DNA of 64,000 nucleotides, taken from NCBI RefSeq assembly GCF_006345805.1, contig NC_043000.1:6882001-6946000 (forward strand), written 5' to 3'. The notes below the pieces were generated by a model that saw only the letters and a list, made by a program, of their open reading frames with translations, had not been told where the DNA came from and did no database searches. This document shows, one piece after another, positions 1-12,105 of the stretch (position 1 is its first letter; every line of letters starts with the position of its first letter). The translations under genes were made by a program, and so were the position numbers. The stretch is from Octopus sinensis. Lineage: Eukaryota.

Positions 1-819
1 TTTTTCCCTTTAAATACCTGCTGCTAGGCTCCAGCAGGCAGCCCCAGCAAGTTGTCATGTGACACTCAACTTTAACTGACCAATGAAGGCATGTAGTCTT
101 AGCCCACACATTCTCTTAACGACTGTCACTTGTCAGTCAGCGAAGCTAATTCAGTGTCAGCTTGTCTCACCTAGTGATGATATTTTCCGCCGACATGTTA
201 TGACTTTCAAGCCATTTTCGGTCTTCCCACTTCAGCTATATATAGAAGCTGGCTTTTTCGACCACCTCCTGTACTCTCCTTATTAGTTTACACAGCTCCG
301 AGCTAGAAAAAACAAATCTTCTTTTGAATAGCGTTGTCATTTTTCTTTCAATGAAGCCCCTAGTCCCCACTGCCAGGTGATAATACATATGTCATCAAAG
401 TGTTATATCCTTATGGATAAACGAATACACTGCAACAGTGTAGTAACAACATAACTGAAACAAACAGCTGTAACCACACGGAATGTAACAACAATCTTTT
501 AAGAACCAACAATCCAACACGCTTAACTCGAACTGTAAACTTTGAAACCTAACTTTGAACTATCAACACAGGAACTGTGGAACTAGTAGAATGATTTTAT
601 TCAAACCACAAGGGTTAAACAAAGAAGGGACAATACATGGGACAAATGGGGCCAGGGGCTTATCAAATGAGATTACATATATGAATAAATACATTATAAT
701 TTCGGATGAAAATGGAAAAATGAATGGACACGGAATGGGTTTGACCCCACCAGCCACATTCCTGCGTTGAGCAGTTTACTTCATCCTTTTTTTTTTCATT
801 TATACTCTGCTTAATTAGG

Positions 820-1000
820 CACTTACATACCCAACATTTGGGCAACTTTCTTCCATCTTTTCCACACTTTTTTGACATTTGGTGTGTCTTTTCTAATTGT
901 GCTACCAATCCACTTCCACTTTTTCTTAAATATTTGCTCCCTGATCGAAACTTGATTTGTTCTTTGCCATAGCTCCATATTGCTACTATCTATATGTAAT
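820..1000 (-). mobile_element. Degraded RTE-type LINE C-terminal fragment
   Basis: SNMELWQRTNQVSIREQIFKKKWKWIGSTIRKD resembles the RTE motif SNEELWxRTxQxxIxxQIxxRKWxWIGHTLRK. Confidence 0.7.
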
Positions 1001-1217
1001 GGTCCAGTCCATTCTTGCCAGGGGGCATTGTACTCTCGCACAACAAAAAGCAATACAATTCAGAATGGTAAAACACCGAAGTTAATACTTTATTTTTATG
1101 TATATTCTATATTTCTAGCTTCATCCACTGATCCACAGTTTTTACTGACAAGAAACCGCAACTAATAACAACAATAATGGTTTCAAGTTTTACCAGAAGG
1201 GCAGCAATTTAGGGGGA

Positions 1218-1388
1218 GGGGATGAGTCAATTACATCAACCCCAGTATTCAACTGGTGCTCATTTTATCGACCCCCAAAAGGATTAAAGGTAAAGTCAAC
1301 CTTAGCAGAATTTGAACTCGGAACGTAGTGACAGGTGAAATACCGCCAGGCATTTCATCCGGCACACTAATGATTCTGCCAGCTCACC
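1218..1388 (-). mobile_element. tRNA-derived SINE family A, partial
   Basis: Aligns to copies at 18191 and 19244; B-box GAGTTCAAATTC on the minus strand. Confidence 0.75.
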
Positions 1389-1427
1389 ACCTTAACAACA
1401 ATAATAATGATAATCTTCAGTACTTAC

Positions 1428-1615
1428 AATACAATGAATATCAGTATTGGGAAGAAGACAAGAAACCAGCCTTGCCAGCTTGTAGGCAAGTAGTAGAGAA
1501 AAATGACGAGAGCAGCAATGACACATATGAAGAAAGAGTACAGTAGGAGACTAGCAATTAACTTCTTTTGATATTCTTGATTCTGGCGCTTAAATAGATG
1601 AAGCTTGGTGATGTC
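1428..1615 (-). CDS. lnpk: Lunapark, third coding exon (coiled segment plus two transmembrane helices)
   Basis: TTTGCAG acceptor, 188 nt, GTAAGT donor at 1427, phase 2. DITKLHLFKRQNQEYQKKLIASLLLYS...FLYYLP...FFPILIFIVL aligns by eye to LNPK EIQALEEFREKNQRLQKLWVGRLILYS...YLWYLP...FFAFPL. Confidence 0.92.
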
Positions 1616-2890
1616 CTGCAAAGATATATAACAAATGAAAACTTATTAATAAAATAATTAGGTGGAGAATACAATATAAATCAATTCCAATTATTTTTAT
1701 TTTACTAAATTTCTCAACCCTTAAAAATATTTTTTAATTCCATAAAAGCAAATTATTTACTTTTGTATAATGAGGGACTGCAAAAGTTAAGTTACAGCTA
1801 TACAATCTACATGTTGGTCTGAAGATATTGCTCACACATCCAGGACAATGTCCATTCAAACTCACACACACATGCACTGGATTGTATAAAAGAAGAGCCA
1901 TTTACTGACAGGAAAATCTTCACTCACCAATACTTTTTCCTTTCATATTCTTTAGCTTAATCTCTGGTCGTCAAAGTTACTCAACTGTTTAAATATATTG
2001 TTCTGGCTAAGTATAGGCATGGCTGTGGTAAGAAGTCTGCCTCACAACCAGGATTCTAGATTTAGTCCAACTTTATGACACCTCGGGCAAATGTCTTCTA
2101 CTATAGCCCTGGGCCAACAATCTGTTTTGTAAACAGATTTGACAGAACGAAACTGCAAGACACTCTTTGTATATGTGTGTGTGTGTGTGTACACACATAT
2201 ACATACATACACAGGACAATGTTAGTACTTTTTAGCCCCAGGAAAGCCTCTTTTCCAGCTGGCTACTGACACATGGTCAGTGTCCATATACAAGATAATC
2301 AACTGTTGCTTTAAAGATTGCTATCTCTACCAGTGATTGTCCTGTACCAAGGAAGTGAAATAATCCAGACACCATTGGTCTACAGGTATCGCTAATGCTA
2401 GAAAGAGAGCAATAAACTCCCTTGCTCACAATATATGGACACAGACACACTGGCATATACATACAACTCATATACAAAATATGTTGTGGTGGTGGTATAA
2501 AATGTCCCTTACTATGTCATACATAACAAATGCACACACACTCACAGACACATACACACTCATATACAAAATGTGACATCATCGTCATGGTATAAAATGT
2601 CCTTTACTATAGTTGAGTACAGAAAGATTATTTTCGAGAAAATGTTATACAGTTTTAATCCAAATGAAAATAAAAATTACATGTTGACACTTGTGGAGTG
2701 TAATTTGATTTGATTTGGTGGAGCCGTTTGAGAATGCTTTGGAAACAGACACAAAATTTTATGAACCACTAGGTTATGAGAATATAAATAAACTAACCCA
2801 GTTGTCAAGCAGTGTTGGTGGGACAAACACAAATACATATATATATATATGATGATGATGATGATGATATATATATATATATGATGATGA

Positions 2891-2892
<2 letters not shown>

Positions 2893-2950
<58 letters not shown>
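2893..2950. repeat. (TA)n microsatellite
   Basis: Direct reading. Confidence 0.95.
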
Positions 2951-2953
<3 letters not shown>

Positions 2954-3090
2954 GAAGGGCATCCAGCTGTAGAAACTCTGCCAGATCAGACTGGAACCTG
3001 GTGCAGCCCCTGGCCTCCCAGACCCCGGTCGAACCGTCCAACCCGTGCTAGCACGGAAAATGGACGTTAAACGATGATGATGATGATGAT
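2951..3090 (+). mobile_element. 5'-truncated RTE LINE 3' tail
   Basis: Closely matches 36493-36632; (GAT)n tail. Confidence 0.9.
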
Positions 3091-6000
3091 ATATATATAT
3101 ATATATGTATATACATATGATGATGATGATATATATATATGTATTTGTCCCACCAACACTGCTTGACAACTAGGTTAGTTTATTTATATTCTCATAACCT
3201 AGTGGTTCAGCAAAAGAGACCAGGAGAATATGTACCCAGCTTTAAAAAAAGTACTAAGATCAACTTGCTTGTCATTTAAGGTAGTGCCCTAGCATGGCCA
3301 CAGTCTAATGGGCGTAATAAGTAGAAAGATAAAAGATAAATCTCTCCCACCATCCTTAATAACATATTCAACCAACATCAGAGTATCCATCTAGACCTTC
3401 TGCAAAAAGATCATTAAAGACCCAAGCACAGATAACCATGTTCTTGCATTTGACTTTTGTGATAATCTCCACTAACACAGATAAGTATGACTGATCATTG
3501 GTGAGCTCTAACCAGTGCAATGTATATCACAGTACTTTCTTCATTATATTTTCTGTATAATATTCTTTTACATTCTTTGATTTTATCAGCTACAATTTTT
3601 ATCTTTCTTCTTACACCTACTCAGTTCCTAACTAAAAGAGCACACACACACATTTATGCTATCTCTTCATAATTTATCACACCACATCATTTCCTGCTTA
3701 TAACATATGGCATCCCACCTCTTTTCCTGCCCTAGTCTTCATCACAGCTCCCTATAAGTGCTGCTTAATTTCCCCAATGACAAAACGACTGAAATGAAGA
3801 GCGATGTTATAACTGCTTGGTAAATGAACTTTCTCCCTAAAATTACCATTATCCACAAACAGTAGCAAAATGGTATGTTCCTGCAATTAGGAGTAAATAG
3901 TTAGGAGCAAAGGATAGTGGATGGCCAAACTCAGCAGCACACCAGGCAAAATTCATTGAGGTGTTTGGTGACAGAATTGTGAGCTAAGTTCACCCACATT
4001 AACTTTGCTTTTGATGTCTCTCAGTTTGATAAAGTAAGTACCAATCAAGTACTGGGGATCAATACAATTGACTATAGAACAGACGGTGATTACACAACAT
4101 GACTGCAGTCCAATGACTGAAATCAGTTAAAGAATAAAGAATATTTGGACATAAATATTTTTAATTTGATATATATCTTAGTATGATACATAAACAAAAA
4201 CTACTGTTTGCATTTGTATTTAAGATATAACAAAAAATATATGGGAAGCATTTTCCAACATTCTGACTTGGTCAAGGATATAGCTATAATAAAACAATAA
4301 GGTAGCATCATACATGCAAACACACATGATAATGATTTTTTCAGTTTCTATCTACTAAATCCACTTACAAGGCTTTGGTCAACCAGAGTTACAACAGAAG
4401 ACATTTGCTCAAGATGCCATGAAGTGGGACTGAACTCAAAACCATGTAGTTGGGAAGCATGCTTCTCAACTGCACAGCCATACATGCACCGTGAATAATA
4501 TTACTAATTACTAAAACAATGTGATTATCATACAGTTGTGTAAAGGCCTTGATTCTGCTCCTGATATTTTTTCTGAACCTGTCTTGCAGCAAAGAACATG
4601 TCAGTGGTCCTGCAAGATTTTCAGAAACCACAGTGACTCTAAGGATGCCCCCTATACTACTACATGTAAACAATATTTTATTGCCATATTTGCTGGCATG
4701 TAGGGCACATTTTTTTTTTTTTTTCAAGAAAATATCTCAATAAATTATTCTGGGTCTTATGTGCAAAGTTGGGTCTATATTACATGCGTTAATGCACAAA
4801 AAACATTTTTCCCCTTCATATGCACCATCAAAATTGGGGTTTTGTCTAATATGCCCATGCATCTTCTACACTGTCATATATGGTACTTGTAGATTTACTA
4901 CAACTGGGATTCAGCTGAATTATATCAATCTTTTGAACTTCATTACATAGTCACACATTCCAGTATATTACTTATTAACACACTATCATTGTTGTCTTTT
5001 AACATCCATCTTCCATGCCATCATGAAACAACATCCAACAGGTTGGAAGACTGTACTGTGCTCCAATCTGCTTTGACATGATTTCTAAAATTGGATGCCA
5101 CAGAGTGTACTTTATGCTTTTTGCATGGCACCAGCACTACTAACTTCATCATGTAGCTCACAAGACCAAGAATCTTTTTGACTGAGTGGGACTACAGTAG
5201 AGAGAGGGGGGGGCAACTTTATGCTTGATGATGTGAGGTTAAGGCATGCAGGAAGAGGCCAGAACAGGTTTCTTGGTATAGGGGTAATACATGGTCACTC
5301 ACATCATATAAGAGTGGAAGGGAGTAATGGGGGCAGGGCTGGAAAGAGAGATATAGATGCACATATTTAATGATTGCTTACTGACACAGTATACATTTTA
5401 ATGCATCCACTATACTAAAATATTTAAACCTATACAAAGGGACTAACTCTAGCATTTTCACAAGCAGCTCTCTGTTAACTGCATGAACTAATACCCTTCA
5501 AAATATTACATTTGAACTCTTTAAGAAACTGATTCAACATCCTGCCTAGAACAAAGGCCCTTTAAAAAAAACAAAAGAAAAACATTCCATTTGATTTGAA
5601 TTTGCACGTTTTTATCTACTTATTGCTTTTTGCTCCTGTTGTTGTAGCTAATTATTTATTTTTACAAATACCTTCTTCATTCAAGAGATTACACACCTAC
5701 AACTTTAATCTAGAATGCTAACCTTTAGGCAGACCTCCAAGTCATGTCAATGATCAAATGTCTACAACACTTCAGCTATGCTGAAACCCTCACCTGCTCA
5801 AAGTATTTACTTTTAATTCTTCTTTTAGCTTTTCTTATTAGAGTTTTTTTTTTGCCTTTTTTTTCTACTTTCCTTCATTCATTGTTCATGTTTGTGGACG
5901 GCTACTCATTTGTTAAAAGGTGGAAATCCCTTGGCTTAAATCATACCCGTCCTTGTTCCCTAATCTTAGACTTATTCCTTCGCGTGCATGCTCGTGTGTT

Positions 6001-8331
6001 TTTATTCAACAATAACCACACTATGCCTATACCACATTAGCCCTCCTAGTTTTCAGTGTGCATGCATTTGTGTGTGCATTTGTAAGAGACTGTTCATGTG
6101 AACTATTTACTTGTACAGTAATCATATACTATAGAGCTGTACCTTTAACTCTTGATAGACAGTAGGTTTAAATAACTCTAATAGTGCAGATGGTTACTAC
6201 TGTAATTAGCATAATGTTTTGACAAAAAGAAAAAAGGAAAAAGGAAAGGAAAAAAGCTCAGGATGACACAACTTAATGCTATCTTATTCCCTGTTATTTA
6301 ATAGATTTCTTGAATTTTTCCAAATGACTGCAAACTGGAATTAAAGTTTTCATCTTGTCACTCAAGAGATTAAACATTCAAGCTAAAGGGGTCAGTCGGG
6401 CTCGTTCCCATTCCCCTTCAGTGCATTAAATTGTTACTTTATTTGTGACCCCATGGCCTGTAATAACCATACATTTAACTACCTATACAAGGTGCAGATG
6501 ACAACCCTTAATTTACCATATGTCCATCACCATGGACTCTTTATTTTCACCAATGTTATCATTTACACTTTTCCAGATATTTTACTTAAACTGTATTTCT
6601 AATTGCTAGGAATTCAGAAATATTTTCCTTTCATTTCCTCAGTAAATAATATAGACAGAATGAGTCAAGTTGTACTATTTGTCTATTAATCCAATGATAT
6701 GAGGTTAATCTGCAATCAACCCAATTTTATTGTCATTATCATCAACGTGATTTTAAAGCCACTTTCCCCTTTTTCTCTTGTTATACCAGTGACAGACTTA
6801 TACGACTTCTATCACATGCTTCTTAGTCAACACCAAATAATTTTCCTTTTTTGTTCTTTTTAGAGCTAATCCTTTAGCACAAAAATTCACGAATGTCATC
6901 TGATCAAATAAAAAAATAGTTATAATATTGATTTCCTTTTAACAAACCATAAAACCAATTCTTGATACTAGTATCTTATTAGCAATGTAAACCCAAAGCT
7001 GCATGCAGGTCCAGCTGCATGGCCCATGTATTGGTGCCATACACATCAAATTGTGGCAGCCCTTTTTTAATTTACAAGAGTGTACTTCATAAGCTGTGTT
7101 AAGTCTGAATACTCCCCCAAGTGCTAGCATTGAATTTTAAATATTTTAGCCCAAAGCAGCCAAAGTTCCCACTCAGCAGTTGTAAATTTAGGGGAAAATG
7201 TTGGTTGCTAGTACTTACTTTTATCACCCTTGAAGTATGAAAAGGCAAAATCAATCCCAACAAGACTTGAATCTAGACACATAAGGTCAAAAAAAATTTA
7301 ATTTGTGGTTCAATCCTCCAGACAACTCACTGCCCTAAACCAAATTTAACATTAAAAGGGTGTCAAGCAAAAGAGCATTTGTATAATATTGCTAGAAAAG
7401 ACACCAAAAACTAATGTATTCTCCATCAATCTTGACAATTAGTATTCAGTTGTTTGACCACTTGTAAGTAGTTGAATATTCCACAGTGAACTGTACCTTT
7501 AACACAATTCTCAAGCTGAATCAGTATGACACAATGTGACAAAGTTGAACCTTTGAATAACAAAGATAATCCATAGAGAAAGAAGGACAGGATTCAGAGC
7601 TAGACTGCTGTCAATTTATCAGCCTTGTAAGGATGAAAGGGGAAGCTAATTTCAGAGGGATTTAAACCCAGCACATAGAGAGCGGAAATAATGTAAGGTA
7701 CTCAATCTAACTCTTTAATAATTCTGCCAGTTCACTGCCTTAGGCAGGCATTGAACTAATACAGTATTTAAAGATAGACCTCCAAAGACAAAGTTTTCAT
7801 AAGAAACAGTTTCAGCTCTAGATCTATGGTCATGAGTAAAAGAAAGCATGAGCCTATTAAAGGTGACATGGCCAGAATATCTCTTACACACTTCCAGTAT
7901 GTAAGAGAACTGATGAATTAAGTTTAGTGACCAATGTACACAATACATGCAAGCAGTTGATTTGAATACAAAACCTATGAGCTGTTAGTTCAATGTCTTA
8001 TGTAATGTATGAATATTTAAAATAAACACTGAACCATGCTCATTAGTGGAGAAAAGCAGATGTATAAAATATATCCTTATTCTAAATTCACATTAGAATT
8101 AAACAGAACAAAGTATCAACAAATGAGCAACTAGACAATTGTTTAACTTGCCTGAAAGTATATGAAAAAAAACCCTCAAACAATACCTTACTAAAAAAAA
8201 AGGGTAGATAGACTGGATAACTGACAGAAAATGTGATGGGAAAGACAGGGCTAGAGTTAAATGAACATAGGTCTAATTGATCTGAAGTAACGTGGGACTA
8301 AAGAACAAAAGTAATAAAACCAATCTTTCTA

Positions 8332-8377
8332 GAATTTAGACTAATGGCTTTCACACTGAGTTCATCAGGTCAAATTC
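8332..8377 (-). ncRNA. Candidate minimal type I hammerhead ribozyme
   Basis: gaauuugac-CUGAUGA-acucagugu-GAAA-gcca-UUA-guc(u)aaauuc. All core nucleotides are present and stem I closes with 3+6 bp. Confidence 0.55.
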
Positions 8378-8459
8378 GCAGCACATTTCGTTAGACTGCA
8401 TCTAATTAAAACAAAAAAGCATTAATTTAGAGAATACCCTTTAGACCTCAATTCTAAAG

Positions 8460-8660
8460 ATAATGCTATCTCTATCTGCTTGAAGAGCATCAGGCAATGA
8501 AAGTTCTCCAAGAAATGCCATTCTGAACCAAACTGTGCTCTTCTTCCCAGGTGACAAAACATCTCCATCAAGTCTTCTTGTACTGTCTTCTACCACATCT
8601 TCACTAGTCTGTCTCTCTTTCTCCTTCCTCCTCAACTCTCCACTTGATGACTAGCCTTAC
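8460..8660 (-). mobile_element. Degraded RTE LINE 3' end
   Basis: Shifted frames read RLVIKWRVE...KTVQEDLMEM..TWEE..SLVQNGISWRTFIA. Confidence 0.6.
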
Positions 8661-9039
8661 TACAAATCTACTTCAGCTTAATAAAATTTTAAGATGGTCA
8701 TTTAATGAAATATTTCATGCCAAACATTCACCAAGTTCAACAACACTATCACAATATGAGGTATGATAATTCTATTTAAGCTCTTCGAGACCATATTATC
8801 AATGAAATACATTGCCTCTTTCAAAAAGAAATTTAAAAATTTGAAATGTTTCAGTAAAATAACTTTTCTTTTAATTAAGCAGGTGTTTTGAATATAACTT
8901 AACTAAAAAGTTCCGTCCAAACATTCATCTTCTCCACTCATTATTCTTGGGAGGGTTTGTGGGTAGAATCCTTAGCTACTCCTCCATAGAATTGTATCAG
9001 AAGCAACTGCCATTACAGTTTCCAGCTAGATTCTCAAAT

Positions 9040-9300
9040 ATTACTAACTGAGACTATGGCTATTATCCAACCATCTCATTCTTGGTTTACCTCTAGGTCT
9101 CCTGCCAGTTGGCTCAGTTTCAAGAATCCATCTTCCGATCCTTTCCTGCAACATTCTAATCACATGCACCTGAGCTGTGACCCCCTCAATACAGAAAAGT
9201 AACAGCTTAACCTGGGGAGATTTCCTGATCTCCAAGCTATGTGCCCTGTCAAGTAACACTGCTTCAGAGACCCTTCAGAGGAACCATATTTCAGCTGCTT
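9040..9300 (-). mobile_element. Degraded RTE LINE 3' end
   Basis: LLDRAHSLEIRKS...HVIRMLQERIGRWILETEPTGRRPRGKPRMRWLD, a typical RTE C-terminal GRRPRGRP motif. Confidence 0.75.
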
Positions 9301-10368
9301 GTGTTCATGATCATACAAAAAGGTTTTTGCATAAAATTATGACAATATGTTTTAAATTAAATACTTAGCATTTTAAAATAGGCAGTTCTATGTTAAAAAA
9401 CAGATAGGTTGATAGCAAAAAGTTCAAAATAAACAAAAAAAATCGTGAGCTTAAATTTAGTCCAATTTTTGTAAATACCGAAACAGTATTAGTTTAAAAA
9501 TAAAAATGTACATAACACTTATAAAGTATATACAAATGTAATATGCATAATTATTATAATCTAATGTTGTTTCACGTATGTATATTGATGTAAATATGGA
9601 ATTTCTCGCTTGAACGCAAAGCCAATTTTTTGAGAGTAGTATGCAAGTAGTACAGTGAACCCTTTTAATTCCAACCAACCAAAGACTGCTTTGGATCTAT
9701 AAAACAAATTTCCTGTTTTAGAATGATCTAAATTAAAGTTTCCTCTCAAAATTTCAAGTTAATTTATGTTCCAATCCCCAGCTTACAAATGACAAGCCTC
9801 CCAGCCTTGCCAGTCCCCAGTCAAACCATACAACTCATGGCAGCATGGAAAGCGGACATTAAATGAAGACGATGATAATGATTTTACTAAATCTTCATGG
9901 TTTTCAAAATTAATTGAAACAAAGACAGTGTCTTTGGTTAGAAATACAGTTAATTGACTCTAGCATTTCACAATGAGATGAAAGAAAAGTAAAATCAGTC
10001 CTGACAAAATCCTAAGTCAATGATTTCAGATTTTTTTGCCTTTATTAAGACTAACTCTACTTTCATTCATCCAGATGGGAGACAGTCATGAAATATATAG
10101 AGAGAGCAAGGAATATTACAGACCAGACTACCACTACTTTCAAAGTAATCACCCAAATATTGTCTCATAAACATTAATAAAATTATATATTGATGTGTAT
10201 AAAGCCTCCTGGGACTTATAAGGTTTCAGATTTAGCAGTTAAGTGGCTGAATGATAAATTTGCCTTGGAACAGAGTTCTACCAATCTAGAAAGAGGTAAT
10301 TTATCTGGTGCTGGTTATTCATAACAGCTGCATGAACTAAAGCAAATTGAATTAGATGTATGTATATA

Positions 10369-10405
<37 letters not shown>

Positions 10406-10649
10406 TCCAAATACTTCAGATCCTTAGGGTTGAAAAATCTTAATGGAGACATCATGAGAAATAGTCTACAATAATGGTTTTACAATACTCTTTTAAATTT
10501 TCATATTAGAATTCATTATTTCTTAAATCCAGAATATAGTTTTATCTGGAAACTATTATTCATTTACATTGCAAGTCATTTTAAGCAAATTCATCTCTTT
10601 TCCATACTACAACAAGCAATATAGTGGAACCTGAGTTTACAAATTTCAT

Positions 10650-11070
10650 CATTCCTGAAGGCTGTTCATCACCTGAAATGTTTGTAAACCAGAACTATTT
10701 TTCTCATAGGAAATTCAAGGGAAAGCATGGCAAATTTGAGTAGGAATTGCACTGAGTGAAAGCTAAACAGTAACTAAGGCTCTCCAGCTGATATCCCCAG
10801 CCTGCTGTCAACCATTGTTGCCAGCTTGCATGTTCATTACCTGAGACACCAGTTGTTCAAGAAATTGTACACTAACAGATTTGTTCATGATGAGAGATGT
10901 TCATAAACCAAGATTCCATTGTACTGGTAAACAAAAACTTGTCTCTTCAGCCTGTTTAAATCTACATTTTCAAATACTGAATGAAGGTCAGCTTCTATGT
11001 GTAAACCTTTAAGAGTCCATACTTCTTTCAAACATATGAGTGAGCTGTCAAGTTCTTGCCATGTTCTCAA
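10650..11070 (-). mobile_element. Possible highly degraded RTE-like fragment
   Basis: Stop-riddled reading with DKFLFTSTMES...ASWQQWLT, only weakly RTE-like. Confidence 0.3.
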
Positions 11071-12063
11071 TGGCTATTCTCATACTTGATAATATATCAA
11101 TGCTATAAATGTGCTACAGAGAAGATTACTTTCCAACCATATATTTTCAGGTTCAGTCCCAATGTGTGGCACCTTGAGCAAGTGTTGTCTGCTATAACCA
11201 ACAAAAGGCTACACATCTTGCTCATGCAATGCATTTTGGTATATTCCTTATGGTTGGCTGCCTTTCCTAACACCAACCACTTTACAGAGTGTAGTAGGTA
11301 CCTGTTACTAAGCCACCAGCACTAGGAGGATTGACCCTTGTGAGAAGGGCTAAAGGGACTCTCTACTCTGTATCAGTTTTTATTTGGAGTTACTGCCCTC
11401 CAAGGTAGAGAAACTGTGATACAGCTTATGGAATCCACATCTCACCCATATTTGCATACGCACACACACACACACACATCCTATCACATGAATTGTAATC
11501 TCCCACATGACGATAGACACATTTATCACTTAATTTCTAATATAGAAGATATATATGTATATGCAGACACACATATGCAATTATTACTACATTGTTGCCA
11601 TATTCTGCAATAAACACAGAATATTCAAAACTGATAAATCAGAGAATAACATTTTCAGACAGTCAAAGAGAGCATGCTATTCTTTGTTGTCTATTGATTA
11701 TTTACAGAGAAGTACATCACTGAGGCATTTGTGAACTCTCCAACAGTTATTTCCTCGTAATTTATGTTGACATGCACATTGCCTAAAAGAGACTTCATTT
11801 TTACCTGTCCACTTTTTCATGAAGCACAAAACTGATTTGATCAGGTGTGCACCTAATGGCAATCAGATATCAAATTGATTGAATGTAGCATATATGTAAA
11901 TACGAAAATAAATTGTTTCAGCTTTAAAGATGAATCTAATCATCGGAAAAATTATAATCTCAACATCAACAACTGATATGAGGCATTTAAACATTTAATA
12001 AATTTGAGATTATTAAAAAATAAAAATTTTGGAAAAAAAGAAAAACAAAAAACATAGAACTAC

Positions 12064-12105
12064 CTTATCAAGTTCTTCAAGAATTTCAATAGTTGTCTTC
12101 TGTTT
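12064..12105 (-). CDS. lnpk: Lunapark, second coding exon (KQKTTIEILEELDK)
   Basis: 42-nt exon with poly-T/TTGCAG acceptor and GT donor, phase 0/0. Resembles LNPK TKPSTVEVLESIDK. Confidence 0.9.

Larger units (their letters stand above)
2762..3209. repeat. About 80-bp near-perfect inverted repeat enclosing microsatellites and a LINE tail
   Basis: 2762-2849 is the reverse complement of 3130-3209, with one mismatch and a 6-bp indel. Confidence 0.9.

Noticed and set aside
1-380. Distinctive segment with TGATGA...CGACATGTT, possibly a Penelope-like terminal repeat or decayed hammerhead
   Set aside because: The core is broken (no CUGANGA, no GAAA), it is cut by the window edge, and I cannot assign it.
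2774-3169. Long low-complexity ORFs (IYIY, CVCV, HHHH; also 15503, 30460, 30528, 36143, 36159)
   Set aside because: Translations of microsatellites or of the LINE tandem repeat.
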